Below, piece after piece: positions 62,850-64,000 of a stretch of 64,000 nucleotides of DNA; positions within the stretch are counted from its first letter, which is position 1, and each line of letters starts with the position of its first letter. Under the pieces are notes generated by a model. The model saw nothing but the letters and a program-made list of their open reading frames with translations. It made no database searches and was not told where the DNA came from. The position numbers and the translations under genes were made by a program. The stretch is from Hemiscyllium ocellatum (Eukaryota), in contig NW_026867619.1 of assembly GCF_020745735.1 (NCBI RefSeq), forward strand, positions 62,001 to 126,000. Direction: 5' to 3'.

Positions 62850-64000
62850 ACCAGCGCGGGAGTCCTTCATTTCTGATTTTCAGCGGCAGTGGCAGCAGCA
62901 ATTCGAACGGCGGGAGCTTGCACCAGGGGACTGCTGGGAGCAGTGAGTCACTGATTTGTGCTTTTAACTTTGAAGTCAGACAGCAGAGGCTTCTGGGAAA
63001 GGAGGGACTTCTTATTTTTATTTCAATCCTGCTATATATGTCATTGTCTTCTCAATTCGAGACGCTACCTTTGTAGGGCCCCCCTACACACCATCTCCTC
63101 TAAGAAGGTTCATTGCAGGAAAGTATCTCTTTTTCACTCAGTGAAGAGGGGACGAACAGGGAGAGGACAGTACAGGGAGAGAATGTTCCTACTGCATTAT
63201 GTTTGAGGTCATGGACGTCAATAGGATCCCATCCAAGGACATCTGCAGGAAGTACACCCAACTCTTCCTCCTCCAAGACCGTGTTGGGGAACTGGAAAGG
63301 GAGCTGGATGAACATTGGATCATTCGGGAGTCAGAGGCTGTGATGTATAGGAGTTACAGGGAAGTAGTTACTCCTAGGCAAGAAGAAGGCTAAGTGACTG
63401 CTCAAAAGAAGAAAAAAAACAGTCAGTGGAGAGATCCCCTGTGGTCGTTCCCCCGAAAATCATGGGGGCCGTTTTGGATATTGTTGAGGGTGACGACATA
63501 ACAGGAGCAAGCAGTGGGACCCAGGTCTCTGGCACAGAGCCCGTCCCTGTTGCACAGAAGAGAAGGAGGGAAAGGAGGAGTGTGTTAGTCACTGGGGACT
63601 CAATTCTTAGAGGCTCAGATAGAAGGTTTGTTGGGAACGAATCAGACTCACGGATGTTGTGTAATCTCGCAGGTGCCAGTGTCCGCGATGTCTCAGATCG
63701 TATCTTTGGGGTCCTGAAGGGACAGGACGACCAGCCTCAAGTGCAAGGAGGTACCAACGGCATAGGCAGAAAGAGAGACTGGGATGTAAGGCTGGAGTTC
63801 GGGGAGCTGGGTTGGAAGCTGAGAGCAAACAAAGGTGTTTTATCTGGATACCGTGGCAAGGAATAGGGAGAAATATCAGGTGGAACACTTGGCTGCAAGG
63901 ATGGTGCAGGAGGGAGGGCTTCAGGTTTTTGGATCATTGGGGCTCATTCTGGGGAAGAAGGGAACTCTACAAAAGGACCGTCTTCACTTGAGGCGTACTA
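62850..64000 (+). mobile_element. CR1 5' end: 5' UTR and ORF1 (zinc finger/leucine zipper plus esterase), runs off the window
   Basis: LLQDRVGELERELDE, GDSILRGSDRRF, GGTNGIGR; homologous to 25345-26096. Confidence 0.9.

Noticed and set aside
191-64000. Remaining short ORFs in the track as host genes
   Set aside because: They are transposon fragments, their antisense frames, or chance ORFs with non-ATG starts and no recognisable domains.

Overview
Eukaryotic, repeat-rich vertebrate DNA. The repeat content (HE1/V-SINE-type SINEs, CR1 LINEs with esterase ORF1, Penelope-like elements, Gmr1-type Gypsy) suggests a cartilaginous fish (shark); this is inference, not a database result. I can support only two host genes: a divergently transcribed pair of intact two-coding-exon class A GPCRs of the GPR139/GPR142-like group. 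Gene A is on the minus strand, join(19811..19745, 4434..3548), 317 aa. Gene B is on the plus strand, join(32890 or 32986..33205, 57391..58271), 398 or 366 aa. Each has a phase-1 intron at the same position in TM1 (15.3 kb and 24.2 kb), filled with transposon debris. The ORF track misses this structure. Other notable structure: (i) a family of Penelope-associated minimal hammerhead ribozyme motifs, two with intact cores; (ii) two long degenerate tandem arrays bracketing the main exon of gene B, one rich in STAT/GAS-like TTC(N3-4)GAA motifs; (iii) an orphan ISRE/kB-like/TATA/Inr promoter-like module with a splice donor between the genes; (iv) a 21-nt coding repeat in the N-terminus of gene B; (v) a short telomeric insertion inside a Gypsy gag; (vi) a 155-bp near-perfect palindrome. 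Repeat boundaries are by eye and approximate.
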